Sequence record: NZ_CP024426.1 | DNA from: a plasmid | DNA length: 64,000 bases | Strand: one strand, 5' to 3' | Shown: in pieces, positions 1 through 9,837 of the stretch | How the letters are laid out: every line of letters begins with the position of its first letter | Position numbering within the stretch: the stretch's first letter is position 1 | Translations under genes and position numbers: made by a program | The notes under the pieces: model-generated | Databases searched by the model: none | What the model was told of the DNA's origin: nothing | What the model saw: only the letters and a program-made list of their open reading frames with translations

Positions 1-203
1 CAGTCGTGGTCGTCCAGCTCGGCCCTGTGCTTTTCCAGGATGGTCACGATCTGGCGCCCGGACTTGTGCCCGATGCTTTCGCCGCCCTGCGGCGCCTGGC
101 CTACCGAGTGGCTTTCCTTGGTCTCGAGCCAGTCGCGCAGCGCGGACGGCGTCAGGTTTACCAGCGCCTTCCATTCGGTCCAGATCTGGTCCTGCGATTT
201 CAT
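1..203 (-). CDS. DUF3140 family protein, partial. The start codon is at 201-203 and the C-terminus lies beyond the window edge.
   Basis: The minus-strand translation from the ATG (reverse complement of 201-203) reads MKSQDQIWTEWKALVNLTPSALRDWLETKESHSVGQAPQGGESIGHKSGRQIV, which is the conserved N-terminal pattern of DUF3140 proteins. The ORF runs off the window. Confidence 0.55.
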   Translation of the reverse strand, partial: MKSQDQIWTEWKALVNLTPSALRDWLETKESHSVGQAPQGGESIGHKSGRQIVTILEKHRAELDDHD

Positions 204-278
204 GGCGTTACGCCCCCTTGTCCAGGCGGGTGAACACGGCGCCCGGAGAAAGGTTCCGGGCCTGGAACCCCCCGGGGA

Positions 279-686
279 TCAGCCCCGGGCGGCGGTGCGG
301 GCCGGGTCGAAGCCGTGCATTCCCTTGACCCATTGCAGGGCGACGAACATGCCCTTGACCGGCGGCAGCAGCGCCAGCGACAGCAGGATCGCCGCCAGGC
401 CCAGCACCAGCGCCACCAGCGCGGGCCGGTCCCCCATCACGCCGAACAGGGGCGCCAAGGCAAAGGCCACCAGATGCGCGACCAGCAGGATCACGACATA
501 GGCCGGGCCGTCGTCGGCGCGCTGCGGCGTCAGGTCCAGCCCGCAGGCATTGCATTCCTCGGCGACCCGCAGATAGCCCCGGAACAGCTTGCCCTGCCCG
601 CAGCGGGGGCATTTCAGGCAGGCGCCGCGCTTGAGCGCCGGCTTCAGGTTGCCGGGGTCCTGCGCCAGAAGGTTCGAAACGGTCAT
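279..686 (-). CDS. DUF983 zinc-ribbon membrane protein
   Basis: A 135-aa product starting MTVSNLL (ATG as reverse complement of 684-686) with a CPRCGQGKLF...CNACG zinc-ribbon followed by two hydrophobic helices. The longer 330-aa ORF call is an Arg-rich upstream extension and was discarded. Confidence 0.7.
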   Translation of the reverse strand: MTVSNLLAQDPGNLKPALKRGACLKCPRCGQGKLFRGYLRVAEECNACGLDLTPQRADDGPAYVVILLVAHLVAFALAPLFGVMGDRPALVALVLGLAAILLSLALLPPVKGMFVALQWVKGMHGFDPARTAARG

Positions 687-887
687 GGCCTTCCTTGTCC
701 AAAACAAAGCCGCGCGCCGCATCCGCTGCGGCGCGCCCTGCCCCCGATATAGGGAACCCGGCGCCCGGGACAAAGCCCCCTGCGACATGCTGTCCATGGC
801 CCGCCCCGCCGGCGGGAACGAATCCCTCCTGGCCTTCGTTTTTCCCCTGCTGCCCCGCCCAAGGGGGCAAGGGAAACGGAGGAGCCC

Positions 888-1094
888 ATGGCCCAGAACC
901 CGAAGCCTGACGACATCCCGCCGGACGCGGTCCTGAAGGACGAGGCGCAGGATACGCCAAGCACCCCCCCTGACGACCGCGGCGGCCTGCCCGAAGGGGT
1001 CCGCGGCACCACGCGGGACGTGGATCATACGGTCCCGGCCGAGGAACACGCCGGCTATCCCGATCCCAACAAGCCCGATCTGCGCAAGCCCTGA
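888..1094 (+). CDS. Small acidic, Pro/Asp-rich hypothetical protein (68 aa)
   Basis: ATG preceded by GGAGG about 8 nt upstream. The product is low-complexity with no recognisable domain, and it lies in a non-coding-looking region, so it could be spurious. Confidence 0.3.
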   Translation: MAQNPKPDDIPPDAVLKDEAQDTPSTPPDDRGGLPEGVRGTTRDVDHTVPAEEHAGYPDPNKPDLRKP

Positions 1095-1442
1095 CGGATC
1101 ATCGGTTCTGCCGCTGCAGCAGGTCCACGAGGTGGGTCTGAGCGCGGGTTGGAAACTGACGCTCTCGGCTCTAGTCGTGTGATCCGGTAGGCGGCGCCTG
1201 CAAAGGCGCTGCCTTGGCGTACAGCCGTCCTCGCCGCAGCGCGAGTGCAGTACGGCTGGCGAAGGGGCCATGAGGACATGGCTGGAACCTCAGCCTCGAC
1301 ATCCACTACATGATGCACGACATGCGCGGGGCCGGCAGACAAGTGGCTTCTGCCGGCCGATCGCGCCTGTTACCTTGGCGGTCGGGGGAGAGCCTGCTGT
1401 TCGGGACGCGCCCGCGTCGGCGGCGGTCTAATCGGGCTAATG

Positions 1443-1468
1443 GGGGCGGACCACCGCCCCTTTTTTTA
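1443..1468 (+). terminator. Rho-independent terminator (GGGGGCGG acca CCGCCCC followed by TTTTTTT)
   Basis: A perfect 7-8 bp GC stem with a 4-nt loop and a 7-T run on the plus strand. The minus-strand reading lacks a T-tract, so it is oriented plus. Confidence 0.55.
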
Positions 1469-2147
1469 GCCATAAACACGAGGCGCATCTGCCTGCTCGC
1501 GCAGCCTTGGATGGGCAGGGATATCTCTCTTGTTGCAACGACAAATCCAACCGACGGCCCGGTCATTCCGGGGCGGCGCATCTGCCTGCTCGTGCAACCA
1601 CAGGGTTAAGGAAAAATCAAATCGTTTGTTGTCTTTATAAATAATAACTCACAAACGTCATGCCTCGTTATTCCATGCAGCGGCGCGCGCTAATCCCGCA
1701 TCTGGACTGCGACTTGCCGCATTGCGCGTCCGATATACTCGAAGAAAATTGCCGCGCAAAATATCCACCTGCGCCCCGACGAATCCTTCGGGAATCGGCA
1801 CACGCAAGGGTAATATATCTTAATTGTATGCACGCAGCGCGGAACCAAGGCGGCGGAAATCCCGTTCATGGCCCAGTACGTCAGCGATTTCAGCGTGCCT
1901 GGAGCCCAACAACAAGAACATGTATTCGCTCGATTAGACGGTAGAATGTTGCCCCCCGAAGGTTGGACCTTTGGTCCCGCCTTCATGCCGGAGCCAGTCG
2001 CCATTTATCCCGACGAGACACCGTGACAGGCGCGAAGCCCTGTGGCGCGAGGCCTCTTGTCCATTCGGATTGCGGGACAGTCCGTATCATTTGCCGTGTC
2101 GAGTATCGCCGTTTCCCCCGATGTCATTCAACATGGCTGGAGACGCT

Positions 2148-3815
2148 ATGAATACGCATTCCAATGCAGGTCATTCTGCGGCCGGGGCCGCCGCAGGCAA
2201 AACCATCACCATCGACTCCAGAAACGGTGGCCCGACGCATGCGAATGGCACGTCAGGCAATGACGTGATCCGCGCAACCACCGATGGAGCGACCGAAAAC
2301 CAGATCCATATCCATGCCGGGTCCGGAAACGATTCCATCGTTATGGACCTGGGCGTCGCCGGAGCCAGGACCATCCAGCACGGCTATCATGCCTTCGGCC
2401 ACCAGGGATGGGACACGTTCTCATTTTCGAACGTGGCGGCGATGCGCGGGACCGTGGTCGGCAGGATCGACGATTTCAACAGTCTCGAGGACCGGATCGT
2501 GATCGCGGGCCAGGTCCTGGATCCGCTGCGGCCGGGCCAGATCGCGGGGGCTGATGTCTCGATCGTCCTCTATCAGGGCCAGCAATGGCTGCAGATCGTC
2601 AATGCCGTCGGGGGCCGGGCGCTGTTCACGCTGGAAGGCGCCCGCCAGGTCCGCCAGCCGGACGGAAGCTGGGCCGACGAAAGCCATTTCCTGAAGTGGA
2701 ACCATCCGCTTCCCAAGCAGCTGCCGTCCGTGGCGTTCGAGAACCCGTACAATGCGCTGCCCCAGGGGCTTTTGCAGCAGGCCCTGCCGGCAGAGCGTAC
2801 CAGCATGCACAACCCGACCCCGAACAGCGCCGGTGTGATCCAGGGCTCGGCCGCGCATGACGTGATCGTCACCGGCCGCGGGGACGAGCATATCCAGGGT
2901 GGGGCCGGGCGGGACTATATCCGTGCCGACATCGGCTCGGACACGCTGAACGGCGGCACGGGCGACGACATTCTCGAGGGCGGCAAGGGCTTCGACCTGA
3001 TCTATGGCGGCCCCGGCAACGACACCATCGCGGGCGGGTCCGACGCGGACACCGTCTATGGCGGTCAGGGCAACGACCTGATCTTTGGCGGCACGGAAAA
3101 CGACGCGCTGCATGGCAACGCCGGCAACGACATCATCCATGGCGGCCGCGGCGCCGATATCCTGTGGGGTGAGGACGGCCACGACCGGCTGTCGGGTGGC
3201 GGCGGAAACGACCGCCTTCTGGGCGGGACCGGGAACGACTGGCTGGCCGGGGGCACGGGAAACGACACCCTGTATGGCGGCTCCGGCAACGATACGCTGA
3301 TCGGCGGGGCCGGCAACGACGTGCTGCATGTCGAGGCGCAGAACAACATCCTTTCCGGCGGCGCGGGCAATGACCGGCTTTACGGCGGTTCGGGCCGCGA
3401 TAGCCTGCTGGGCGATGTGGGCAGCGACCAGCTTCGTGGCGGCGGCGGCAACGACCGCCTGAACGGCGGCGCCGGCAAGGATGCGCTGTGGGGCGGCGCC
3501 GGTGCGGACCAGTTCGTCTTCCTGGCGCCCGGCCATTCGTCGACGACCAACCCCGACGTGATCGCGGATTTCGCCCGCGCGCAGGGCGACCGGATCGACC
3601 TGTCGCCGATGGATGCCATGGTCACGCGCGCAGGAAACCAGGACTTTGACTTCATCGGTCGCGCGGCCTTCGGCGGCGACGCCGGAGAGCTGAGGTATCA
3701 GGTCGCGCAGGGCAAGGCTTATGTCTACGGCGACGTGAACGGCGACGGCAGGGCCGATTTCTGCATCCAGGTGAATGGCGTCATAGCCTTGTCGGGGAAC
3801 GACTTTATCCTGTGA
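2148..3815 (+). CDS. RTX (hemolysin-type) calcium-binding repeat protein; putative type I secretion substrate
   Basis: ATG at 2148 with GGAGA 5 nt upstream, starting MNTHSNAG. There are more than 20 tandem GGxGxDxL nonapeptide repeats ([24 protein letters not shown] and so on). The C-terminal acidic non-repeat tail is typical of T1SS secretion signals. No catalytic domain was recognised. Confidence 0.8.
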   Translation: MNTHSNAGHSAAGAAAGKTITIDSRNGGPTHANGTSGNDVIRATTDGATENQIHIHAGSGNDSIVMDLGVAGARTIQHGYHAFGHQGWDTFSFSNVAAMRGTVVGRIDDFNSLEDRIVIAGQVLDPLRPGQIAGADVSIVLYQGQQWLQIVNAVGGRALFTLEGARQVRQPDGSWADESHFLKWNHPLPKQLPSVAFENPYNALPQGLLQQALPAERTSMHNPTPNSAGVIQGSAAHDVIVTGRGDEHIQGGAGRDYIRADIGSDTLNGGTGDDILEGGKGFDLIYGGPGNDTIAGGSDADTVYGGQGNDLIFGGTENDALHGNAGNDIIHGGRGADILWGEDGHDRLSGGGGNDRLLGGTGNDWLAGGTGNDTLYGGSGNDTLIGGAGNDVLHVEAQNNILSGGAGNDRLYGGSGRDSLLGDVGSDQLRGGGGNDRLNGGAGKDALWGGAGADQFVFLAPGHSSTTNPDVIADFARAQGDRIDLSPMDAMVTRAGNQDFDFIGRAAFGGDAGELRYQVAQGKAYVYGDVNGDGRADFCIQVNGVIALSGNDFIL

Positions 3816-4094
3816 GCAGGCCGCCTTTGGGGGCCACCACCACATCGCCTGCCCTGGGGGACATTACAGTGCCCCGTCCCCCCTCCGGCAAGGCGATGGC
3901 CCCCGCTGCCAGGGTGCGGGGCACGCCGCTGCGACCGGGGCTCGACCTCGCTGCAATGGCGATCCCGCGCCCTGGTCCTACGGCCCCGGCCCCGCCCTGC
4001 CCGGGATTTTTTGCAACCTGCGCGATTGCCAAGCGTTGCCCTGCCAGACGAAACGGCCGGACCTTGCCGGCCCTGACGCCAAGGAGGCTGATCC

Positions 4095-4526
4095 GTGGTT
4101 CCTGTCGCCACCCCTGGTCCGGTCCGGCCGATCCATCCGCTGCACGCGGTTCTGCTGGCTTTCCCGTTTCCGCTGTTTCTGGGCGCGCTGGTCAGCGACA
4201 TCGCCTATTGGCGCAGCCATGAAATCCAGTGGTCGAACTTTGCCCAATGGCTGAACGCCGGCGGGCTGCTGGTCGGCGCCTTCGCGCTGCTTTGGGCACT
4301 GGTCCATGCGGTTCGCAGCCGCAGGTTCGCCAGCCGGCGACCGCTGTGGTATGTCCTGACCCTGCTTGCCGCCTGGATCGTGGGGCTGGTCAACGCTCTC
4401 GCCCATTCCCAGGACGCCTGGGCGATCATGCCCGAGGCGCTGTGGTGGTCGAGCCTGTCCACCCTGCTGGCCCTGATCGCCTCGCTGCTGGGATATGCCG
4501 GGGTCCAGACCGTGGAGGACTACTGA
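4095..4526 (+). CDS. DUF2231-like integral membrane protein
   Basis: GTG start with GGAGG 7 nt upstream; four predicted hydrophobic helices (LLAFPFPLFLGALVSDIAYW...). Confidence 0.6.
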   Translation: MVPVATPGPVRPIHPLHAVLLAFPFPLFLGALVSDIAYWRSHEIQWSNFAQWLNAGGLLVGAFALLWALVHAVRSRRFASRRPLWYVLTLLAAWIVGLVNALAHSQDAWAIMPEALWWSSLSTLLALIASLLGYAGVQTVEDY

Positions 4527-5830
4527 TGCGCGCCCTGATCCTGATCGGCCTTGCCGCGGCCATGCCGGCTGCCGCCCTGCCTGTCGCCGTCCTGGCGCAG
4601 GGAGCGCCCGCAACATCCTATGGCGCCGATCCCGAGCTGCCGGCGCCGCAGCGCGGCCTGCTGCCCGACATGACGATCCCGCGGCCCGCCCTGTGGGGGG
4701 ACGACCTGCCCACGGTGCCGGAGGGTTATGCCATCTCGGCCATCGCGACCGGGCTCAAGATTCCGCGTCAGACCCTGATCCTGCCCAATGGCGATATCCT
4801 GGTGGCCGAAGGCAAGGGTGCCAGCGCCCCGGCGATGCGGCCCAAGGACATCATCGCGGGCTTCATCAAAAGCCTTGGCAAAAGCTCTGAACCCGGCGGC
4901 AACCGCCTGACCCTGCTGCGCGACGCGGATGGCGATGGCGTCTATGAAATGCAGACGGTCTTTGCCGAAGGGCTGAACTCGCCCTATGGCTTGGCCTATA
5001 TCGACGGCGCAATCTATGTGGCGAACCAGGACGCCGTGGTGCGCTTTGCCTATGCCGACGGCCAGACCCAGGCCGGCGGCCCGCCCGAGACGCTGGCCCG
5101 CCTGCCCTCGGCGCTGAACCACCACTGGACCAAGGCGATGACGGCAAGCCCTGACGGGCGCTTCCTGTATGTGGGCATCGGGTCGAACAGCAACATCACC
5201 GAGCGCGGCATCGAAGCCGAGGAGAACCGCGCGATGATCTGGCAGATCGACGTGGCGACCGGCGCCCATCGGCCCTATGCCACCGGCCTGCGCAACCCGA
5301 CCGCCCTGACCATCCAGCCGGGCACCGGGCAGCTTTGGGCCGTGGTGAACGAGCGCGACGAGATCGGCCCCGATCTGGTGCCGGACTACCTGACCTCGGT
5401 GCAGGAAGGCGCGTTCTATGGCTGGCCCTACAGCTACTGGGGGCAGAACGTGGACAGCCGGGTCAAGCCGCAGAACCCGGACAAGGTCGCCTCGGCCATC
5501 GCGCCCGATTATGCGCTTGGCGCCCATGTGGCGGCTTTGGGCGTCGCCTTTTCCAACGATGCGATGGGGCCGCAGTTTGCCCAGGGCGCCTTCGTCGGCG
5601 AGCATGGCAGCTGGAACCGGGCCGAGCCGGTGGGCTACAAGGTGGTGTTCGTGCCTTTCGAAAACGGCCGCCCCTCGGGTGATCCGGTCGATGTGGTGAC
5701 GGGGTTCCTGCAGGACGGGGACAAGACGCGCGGCCGCCCGGTGGGGGTCAGCGTCGACCCGCGCGGCGCCCTGATCGTGGCGGACGACCTGTCGAACACG
5801 ATCTGGCGCATCGCACCCGCGCAGCCCTGA
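4526..5830 (+). CDS. PQQ-dependent sugar dehydrogenase (sorbosone/soluble glucose dehydrogenase family), secreted
   Basis: Start MRALILIGLAAAMPAAALPVAVLAQ is a signal peptide; the ATG overlaps the upstream stop (ATGA). Beta-propeller motifs present (GLNSPYGLAY, RNPTALT, GWPY, LIVADD). The ORF-track start at 4229 was rejected as an Arg-rich extension. Confidence 0.75.
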   Translation: MRALILIGLAAAMPAAALPVAVLAQGAPATSYGADPELPAPQRGLLPDMTIPRPALWGDDLPTVPEGYAISAIATGLKIPRQTLILPNGDILVAEGKGASAPAMRPKDIIAGFIKSLGKSSEPGGNRLTLLRDADGDGVYEMQTVFAEGLNSPYGLAYIDGAIYVANQDAVVRFAYADGQTQAGGPPETLARLPSALNHHWTKAMTASPDGRFLYVGIGSNSNITERGIEAEENRAMIWQIDVATGAHRPYATGLRNPTALTIQPGTGQLWAVVNERDEIGPDLVPDYLTSVQEGAFYGWPYSYWGQNVDSRVKPQNPDKVASAIAPDYALGAHVAALGVAFSNDAMGPQFAQGAFVGEHGSWNRAEPVGYKVVFVPFENGRPSGDPVDVVTGFLQDGDKTRGRPVGVSVDPRGALIVADDLSNTIWRIAPAQP

Positions 5831-5864
5831 CGACGTGGGGCCTGGCCAGCAGGGCCAGTCCCCG

Positions 5865-6410
5865 TCATGCGCCCCGAATGGGCCACATGCGCGACCAGAC
5901 GCCGTCGCGGCGGATCAGCGCGTGATGGCAGGCGGCGGCGATATGGACTGCCAGCACCCCAATCAGCACGAAGGCCGCCGTGGCATGGACGTTTTCCGCG
6001 AACCCGGCCAGCGCAGGGGACTTGCCGATCCACGGCCCCAGCCCCAGCCGGTCCAGCAGTTCGATCGGAAAGCCGCCCGCCCGAACCCGGACGAACCCGC
6101 TTAGCGGCATGATGACCAGCAGCAGATACAACAGGACATGCGAAACGGCTGCCGCCTGCCGTTGCCAGGACGGCACCGTATCGGGCAGGGGCGGCGGGGG
6201 ATGGGTCAGCCGATAGGCGATCCGCACCAGGATCACGGGGATCAGCAACGCGCCCAGGTTCTTGTGAAACAGGAACAGCGCGTCCTGAAGCGGGCGTGGA
6301 ATACCCTCGCGCGTCATCACCAGCCCCGCAGGGATCATCGAAAGCACCGCCAGCGCGACAAGCCAGTGCAGCGCGCGGGCAGGGGGGCGGTAACCGGGCG
6401 GCTTGGGCAT
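5865..6410 (-). CDS. Cytochrome b561 family protein
   Basis: A 181-aa product starting MPKPPGYRPPARALHWLVALAVL, with four transmembrane helices and the conserved His positions of the CybB/b561 family. The 554-aa ORF call was trimmed to this internal ATG. Confidence 0.75.
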   Translation of the reverse strand: MPKPPGYRPPARALHWLVALAVLSMIPAGLVMTREGIPRPLQDALFLFHKNLGALLIPVILVRIAYRLTHPPPPLPDTVPSWQRQAAAVSHVLLYLLLVIMPLSGFVRVRAGGFPIELLDRLGLGPWIGKSPALAGFAENVHATAAFVLIGVLAVHIAAACHHALIRRDGVWSRMWPIRGA

Positions 6411-6502
6411 GGCGCGGCTCCTTTGCGGAAAGTCTAGCAGAAGCGTCGCGTTCCGAACAGCCGGCGCTTGACGAAGGGCAGGGCTTGGCACGAGGCTTGG
6501 AC

Positions 6503-7240
6503 ATGCGCGACATCCACCCCGCCAGACCGACGCCGCCCCGGCAGCACCGGGCCGGGAACGCCATCGCGCGCGAGGTCGGCGCGGCGGCGCTGGCGGGGGT
6601 CGGCGTGATCGCGCTGGCGCAGGCGGTTCTGGCGGGCCGGGGGTCTGCGCTGATGGGCGCGACCTGCGTCTTTCTGCTGGCAAGCCTTGCGGTGGCGATG
6701 CTGATGCGGCGCGCCTATCCCCACGACCGGATCGGGGCCTGCAATGTCGTGACGCTGGGCCGAGCGGCGCTGGTCTGCGCGCTGCTGGCGCCCCTGCTGG
6801 CGGGGCACGCGGCGGGCTGGGCGGTCGCCGGCGTGGCGGGCCTTGCCTTGGCGCTGGACGGGTTGGACGGCCGCCTGGCCCGGCAAAGCCGCCTGGTGTC
6901 CCGCTTTGGCGCGCGCTTCGACATCGAGGTCGATGCCGCCCTGGCGCTTGTCCTGTCCTTGCACCTGCTGGCCGGAACCGCGGCCGGGCCCCAGATCCTT
7001 GTGCTGGGGTTGACGCGCTATGCCTTTGTGCTGGCGGGGCTGCGCTGGCCCTGGCTGCAGGCCGACCTGCCCGAGCGGCGCTGGCGCAAGGCCATCTGCG
7101 TGATGCAGCTGTCGGTGCTGATCCTGCTGCAGACGCCCCTGCCCGGGCCAGCCCAGGCCGAGGCGCTGGGGTGGCTGGCGGCGCTGGCGCTGGTCTGTTC
7201 CTTCGCAGCGGATGTGCTTTGGCTGTGGCGGCAAGCATGA
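6503..7240 (+). CDS. CDP-alcohol phosphatidyltransferase family protein
   Basis: Contains the motif DGLDGRLARQSRLVSRFGARFDIEVD (D-G-x2-A-R...G-x3-D-x3-D) in a polytopic membrane protein of about 245 aa. The stop overlaps the next gene's start (ATGA). Confidence 0.7.
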   Translation: MRDIHPARPTPPRQHRAGNAIAREVGAAALAGVGVIALAQAVLAGRGSALMGATCVFLLASLAVAMLMRRAYPHDRIGACNVVTLGRAALVCALLAPLLAGHAAGWAVAGVAGLALALDGLDGRLARQSRLVSRFGARFDIEVDAALALVLSLHLLAGTAAGPQILVLGLTRYAFVLAGLRWPWLQADLPERRWRKAICVMQLSVLILLQTPLPGPAQAEALGWLAALALVCSFAADVLWLWRQA

Positions 7241-8796
7241 ACGGCCCGGCCCGCCTGCTGGTCGCGGCCGGCATCCTGCATCTGGTGCTGGTCCTGCCGG
7301 CAGCGCCCATGCCCCTGTCCCAGGCGCTGCTGCGCCTTGCGCCCGAGCTGCCGCTGATCCTGCTGGCGCTGGCCCTTGCCCGACTTCGCCTGCCCGTCGC
7401 CCTGGCGCTGCTGGTGCTGACGGTCCAGAAGCTGGCCGATCTGGCGACGATGCTGGCGCTGGGGCGTGGGTTCAACCCGCTGACCGACTTGCCGCTGGTC
7501 GATGCGGGGCTGCGGTGGGTCGGGGGCACCCTCGGTCCTTTCGGCCTGGGTCTGGCGCTGGCGGCGGCCTTGGCCGCGCTGGTCGCGGGCGCGGCGGCGG
7601 TCTGGTGGGCGGCGGGCGTCTGGGCCCGCCCGCCCCGGCGACTGGCCCCTGCGATTGCGGTCCTTGCCGCTGTCCTGCTGGCGGTCCCGGGCTGGGGCGG
7701 AAACGGCCCCTATGCCCTGTCGCGGGTCGCCCTGGTCCGGCAGACCGCGCAGGACCTGCGCCAGCTGCGCCTGCTTGCCGCGCAGGACCCCTTGGCCACG
7801 GCCTCCGGTCTGCTGGCCGGGATCGACCGGGATGTGCTGGTGGTCTTTGTCGAAAGCTATGGCCGCGCCAGCCTCGATGTGCCGTTCTATGCCGGCAGGC
7901 ACCGGGCAACGCTGCGCGAGGCGCAAGGCAGGCTGGCGCAAGCGGGACTGGCGATGCGCTCGGGCTTTCTGGCTGCGCCGACGCGCGGGGGGCAAAGCTG
8001 GCTGTCGCACGCGACCTTCGCCAACGGGCTCTGGATCGCCGATCAGGCGCGCTACGATGCGGCGCTGGCCTTGGGGCGGCAGGGGCTGTTCCATCACGCC
8101 CGCCGTGCCGGGTTCCGAACGGCGGCGGTGATGCCCGCGATCACCCGGCCCTGGCCCGAAGGCGCGGCGATGGGCTTTGACCGCATCCTGGCGCGGGACG
8201 ACCTGGGTTATCGCGGCCTGTCCTTCGGCTGGGTGACGATGCCCGACCAGTTCACCCTGGCCGCGACCGACCGGCTGCTGCGCGGGGCCGCAGGCGGGCC
8301 GCATCTGTTTGCGCAGGTCGTGCTGATCTCGTCCCACGCGCCCTGGGTGCCGGTGCCCCGGCTGCTCCCCTGGGCCGAACTGGACGATGGCGCGGCGTTC
8401 GACGCCATGGCCCGCGCGGGCGATCCGCCGGAGGAGGTCTGGCGCGACCCGGACCGGGTGCGCAAGGCCTATCGCGAGGCGCTCGACTACAGCCTGCGGA
8501 CGGTGGCGGATTACGCGCTGTCCCACACCGGGGATCCGCCGCTGATGATCGTGCTGGGCGACCACCAGGCCGCCCCCTGGGTGGCGATGGACGAGCGGCC
8601 CGACGTGCCCATCCACCTGATCGGCCCCGCGCCCCTGGTCGAGCGCGCGGCGGCCTGGGGCTTTGCCCCCGGCCTGGTCCCACCCGCCGGGCAGCCCGTC
8701 CTGCCCATGGACCGGATGCGCGACCTGATCCTGGGCGGCTTTGAACCGGATGCCGCGCCCGGGGGTTGCGGATCGGGCTGCTTGGCGGTCAAATGA
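7237..8796 (+). CDS. Membrane-anchored sulfatase/alkaline-phosphatase superfamily protein (LtaS/phosphoglycerol- or phosphoethanolamine-transferase-like)
   Basis: Five N-terminal hydrophobic helices followed by a soluble domain (VVFVESYGRAS...LISSHAPW...VLGDHQ). Translationally coupled to the phosphatidyltransferase upstream. Confidence 0.65.
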   Translation: MNGPARLLVAAGILHLVLVLPAAPMPLSQALLRLAPELPLILLALALARLRLPVALALLVLTVQKLADLATMLALGRGFNPLTDLPLVDAGLRWVGGTLGPFGLGLALAAALAALVAGAAAVWWAAGVWARPPRRLAPAIAVLAAVLLAVPGWGGNGPYALSRVALVRQTAQDLRQLRLLAAQDPLATASGLLAGIDRDVLVVFVESYGRASLDVPFYAGRHRATLREAQGRLAQAGLAMRSGFLAAPTRGGQSWLSHATFANGLWIADQARYDAALALGRQGLFHHARRAGFRTAAVMPAITRPWPEGAAMGFDRILARDDLGYRGLSFGWVTMPDQFTLAATDRLLRGAAGGPHLFAQVVLISSHAPWVPVPRLLPWAELDDGAAFDAMARAGDPPEEVWRDPDRVRKAYREALDYSLRTVADYALSHTGDPPLMIVLGDHQAAPWVAMDERPDVPIHLIGPAPLVERAAAWGFAPGLVPPAGQPVLPMDRMRDLILGGFEPDAAPGGCGSGCLAVK

Positions 8797-8850
8797 CAGG
8801 GGGTCCGGCCGCCTGACGGGCCGGGACGATGGGCCGGGACGGAGGTGCCG

Positions 8851-9837
8851 ATGTCATCCATTGCCTTTTCGCGCAGAACCCTGCTGGGCGCCGGCCTGGT
8901 GCTGGGTGCCTCGGGGCTGGTGCGCCCGGCCCGCGCGCAAACCCCGGTGGGCCTGCAACTGTCCTGGCTGCATTCGGTCCAGTTCGCCGGCAGCTATATC
9001 GCGCAGCAGAACGGCTGGTGGTCCGACGCGGGGCTGCAGGTGCAGCTGATGCAGGGCGGGCCCAATGCCCCGGTCGAGCCGCCGGTGGTCGCCGGAACGG
9101 CGCTGGTCGGGATCTCGGCCGCGGACTACGCCGCCGCCGCCGTGGCGCAGGGCGCGCCGTTCCGCATCATCGGCGTGGCGATGCAGAAGAACCCCTTCGT
9201 GATCGCCTCGCTGGCCGACAAGCCCATCCGCGCGCCCGCCGACCTGCCCGGCAAGCGGATCGGCATGGCGGTCGCCAATACCCCGGTCCTTCAGGCGCTG
9301 TGCGCGCTGAACGGGATCGACCCGGCCAGCGTCCAGATCGTCCCGACCCAGTACTCTGCCCAGCCCCTGATCGCGGGCGAGGTCGACGGGCTGTTGTGCT
9401 GGGAAACCGACCTGCCGGTCGCCATGGCGATCCACGGGATCAAGGCGCATACCATGCTGCTGGCCGATCACGGCTATGCCGTGCATTCGCAGACCTACAT
9501 CGCGACCGAGGACAGCCTTGCCAACCGCCGCGCCGACCTGGTGGCCCTGATGGCGGGCGAGTTGCGCGGCTGGGACGCCTATCGCAAGGACACGCGCGCC
9601 GCGGCGGAACTGACCGTGCGGATGTTTCCCGACGCGGGGCTCGACCTGCCCACGCAAGTCATGCAGGCCGAACGGCAGGTGCCGCTGATGTTTTCCGAAC
9701 TGACCGACGCCAAGGGCTTTGGCTGGTGGGCCGAGGATACGGTCCAGGACAATATCCGAACCCTCGCGCTGCTGGGGCGCAAAGTGGGCCCCGAGCTGTG
9801 GGACCGCTCGGTCCTTGAAGAAGTCCATGCCCTTTGA
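8851..9837 (+). CDS. ABC transporter substrate-binding protein, NMT1/SsuA (nitrate/sulfonate/bicarbonate) family, Tat signal
   Basis: Starts MSSIAFSRRTLLGAGLVLGASGLVRPARAQ (twin-arginine motif), with GGAGG 6 nt upstream of the ATG at 8851. Shows the NMT1/THI5-like fold pattern. Confidence 0.75.
   Translation: MSSIAFSRRTLLGAGLVLGASGLVRPARAQTPVGLQLSWLHSVQFAGSYIAQQNGWWSDAGLQVQLMQGGPNAPVEPPVVAGTALVGISAADYAAAAVAQGAPFRIIGVAMQKNPFVIASLADKPIRAPADLPGKRIGMAVANTPVLQALCALNGIDPASVQIVPTQYSAQPLIAGEVDGLLCWETDLPVAMAIHGIKAHTMLLADHGYAVHSQTYIATEDSLANRRADLVALMAGELRGWDAYRKDTRAAAELTVRMFPDAGLDLPTQVMQAERQVPLMFSELTDAKGFGWWAEDTVQDNIRTLALLGRKVGPELWDRSVLEEVHAL

Noticed and set aside
1100-1470. Possible tmRNA, SRP RNA or RNase P RNA upstream of the terminator
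   Set aside because: I looked for the alphaproteobacterial tmRNA tag reading frame (ANDN...), the SRP GNRA/AGCAG motifs and the RNase P GGAAAGUCCGG core and found none. It is kept only as an unclassified candidate sRNA.
1310-1609. 99-aa ORF containing the repeated RRICLL(A/V)QP peptide
   Set aside because: It reads straight through a strong Rho-independent terminator, and the peptide repeat merely reflects the 24-bp DNA direct repeat. No RBS is present.
5865-7529. 554-aa minus ORF and the overlapping plus ORFs 5835-6437
   Set aside because: Only the 181-aa cytochrome b561 portion (5865-6410) has membrane-protein character and a plausible start. The remainder is an Arg/Pro-rich out-of-frame reading of the plus-strand phosphatidyltransferase and sulfatase genes.
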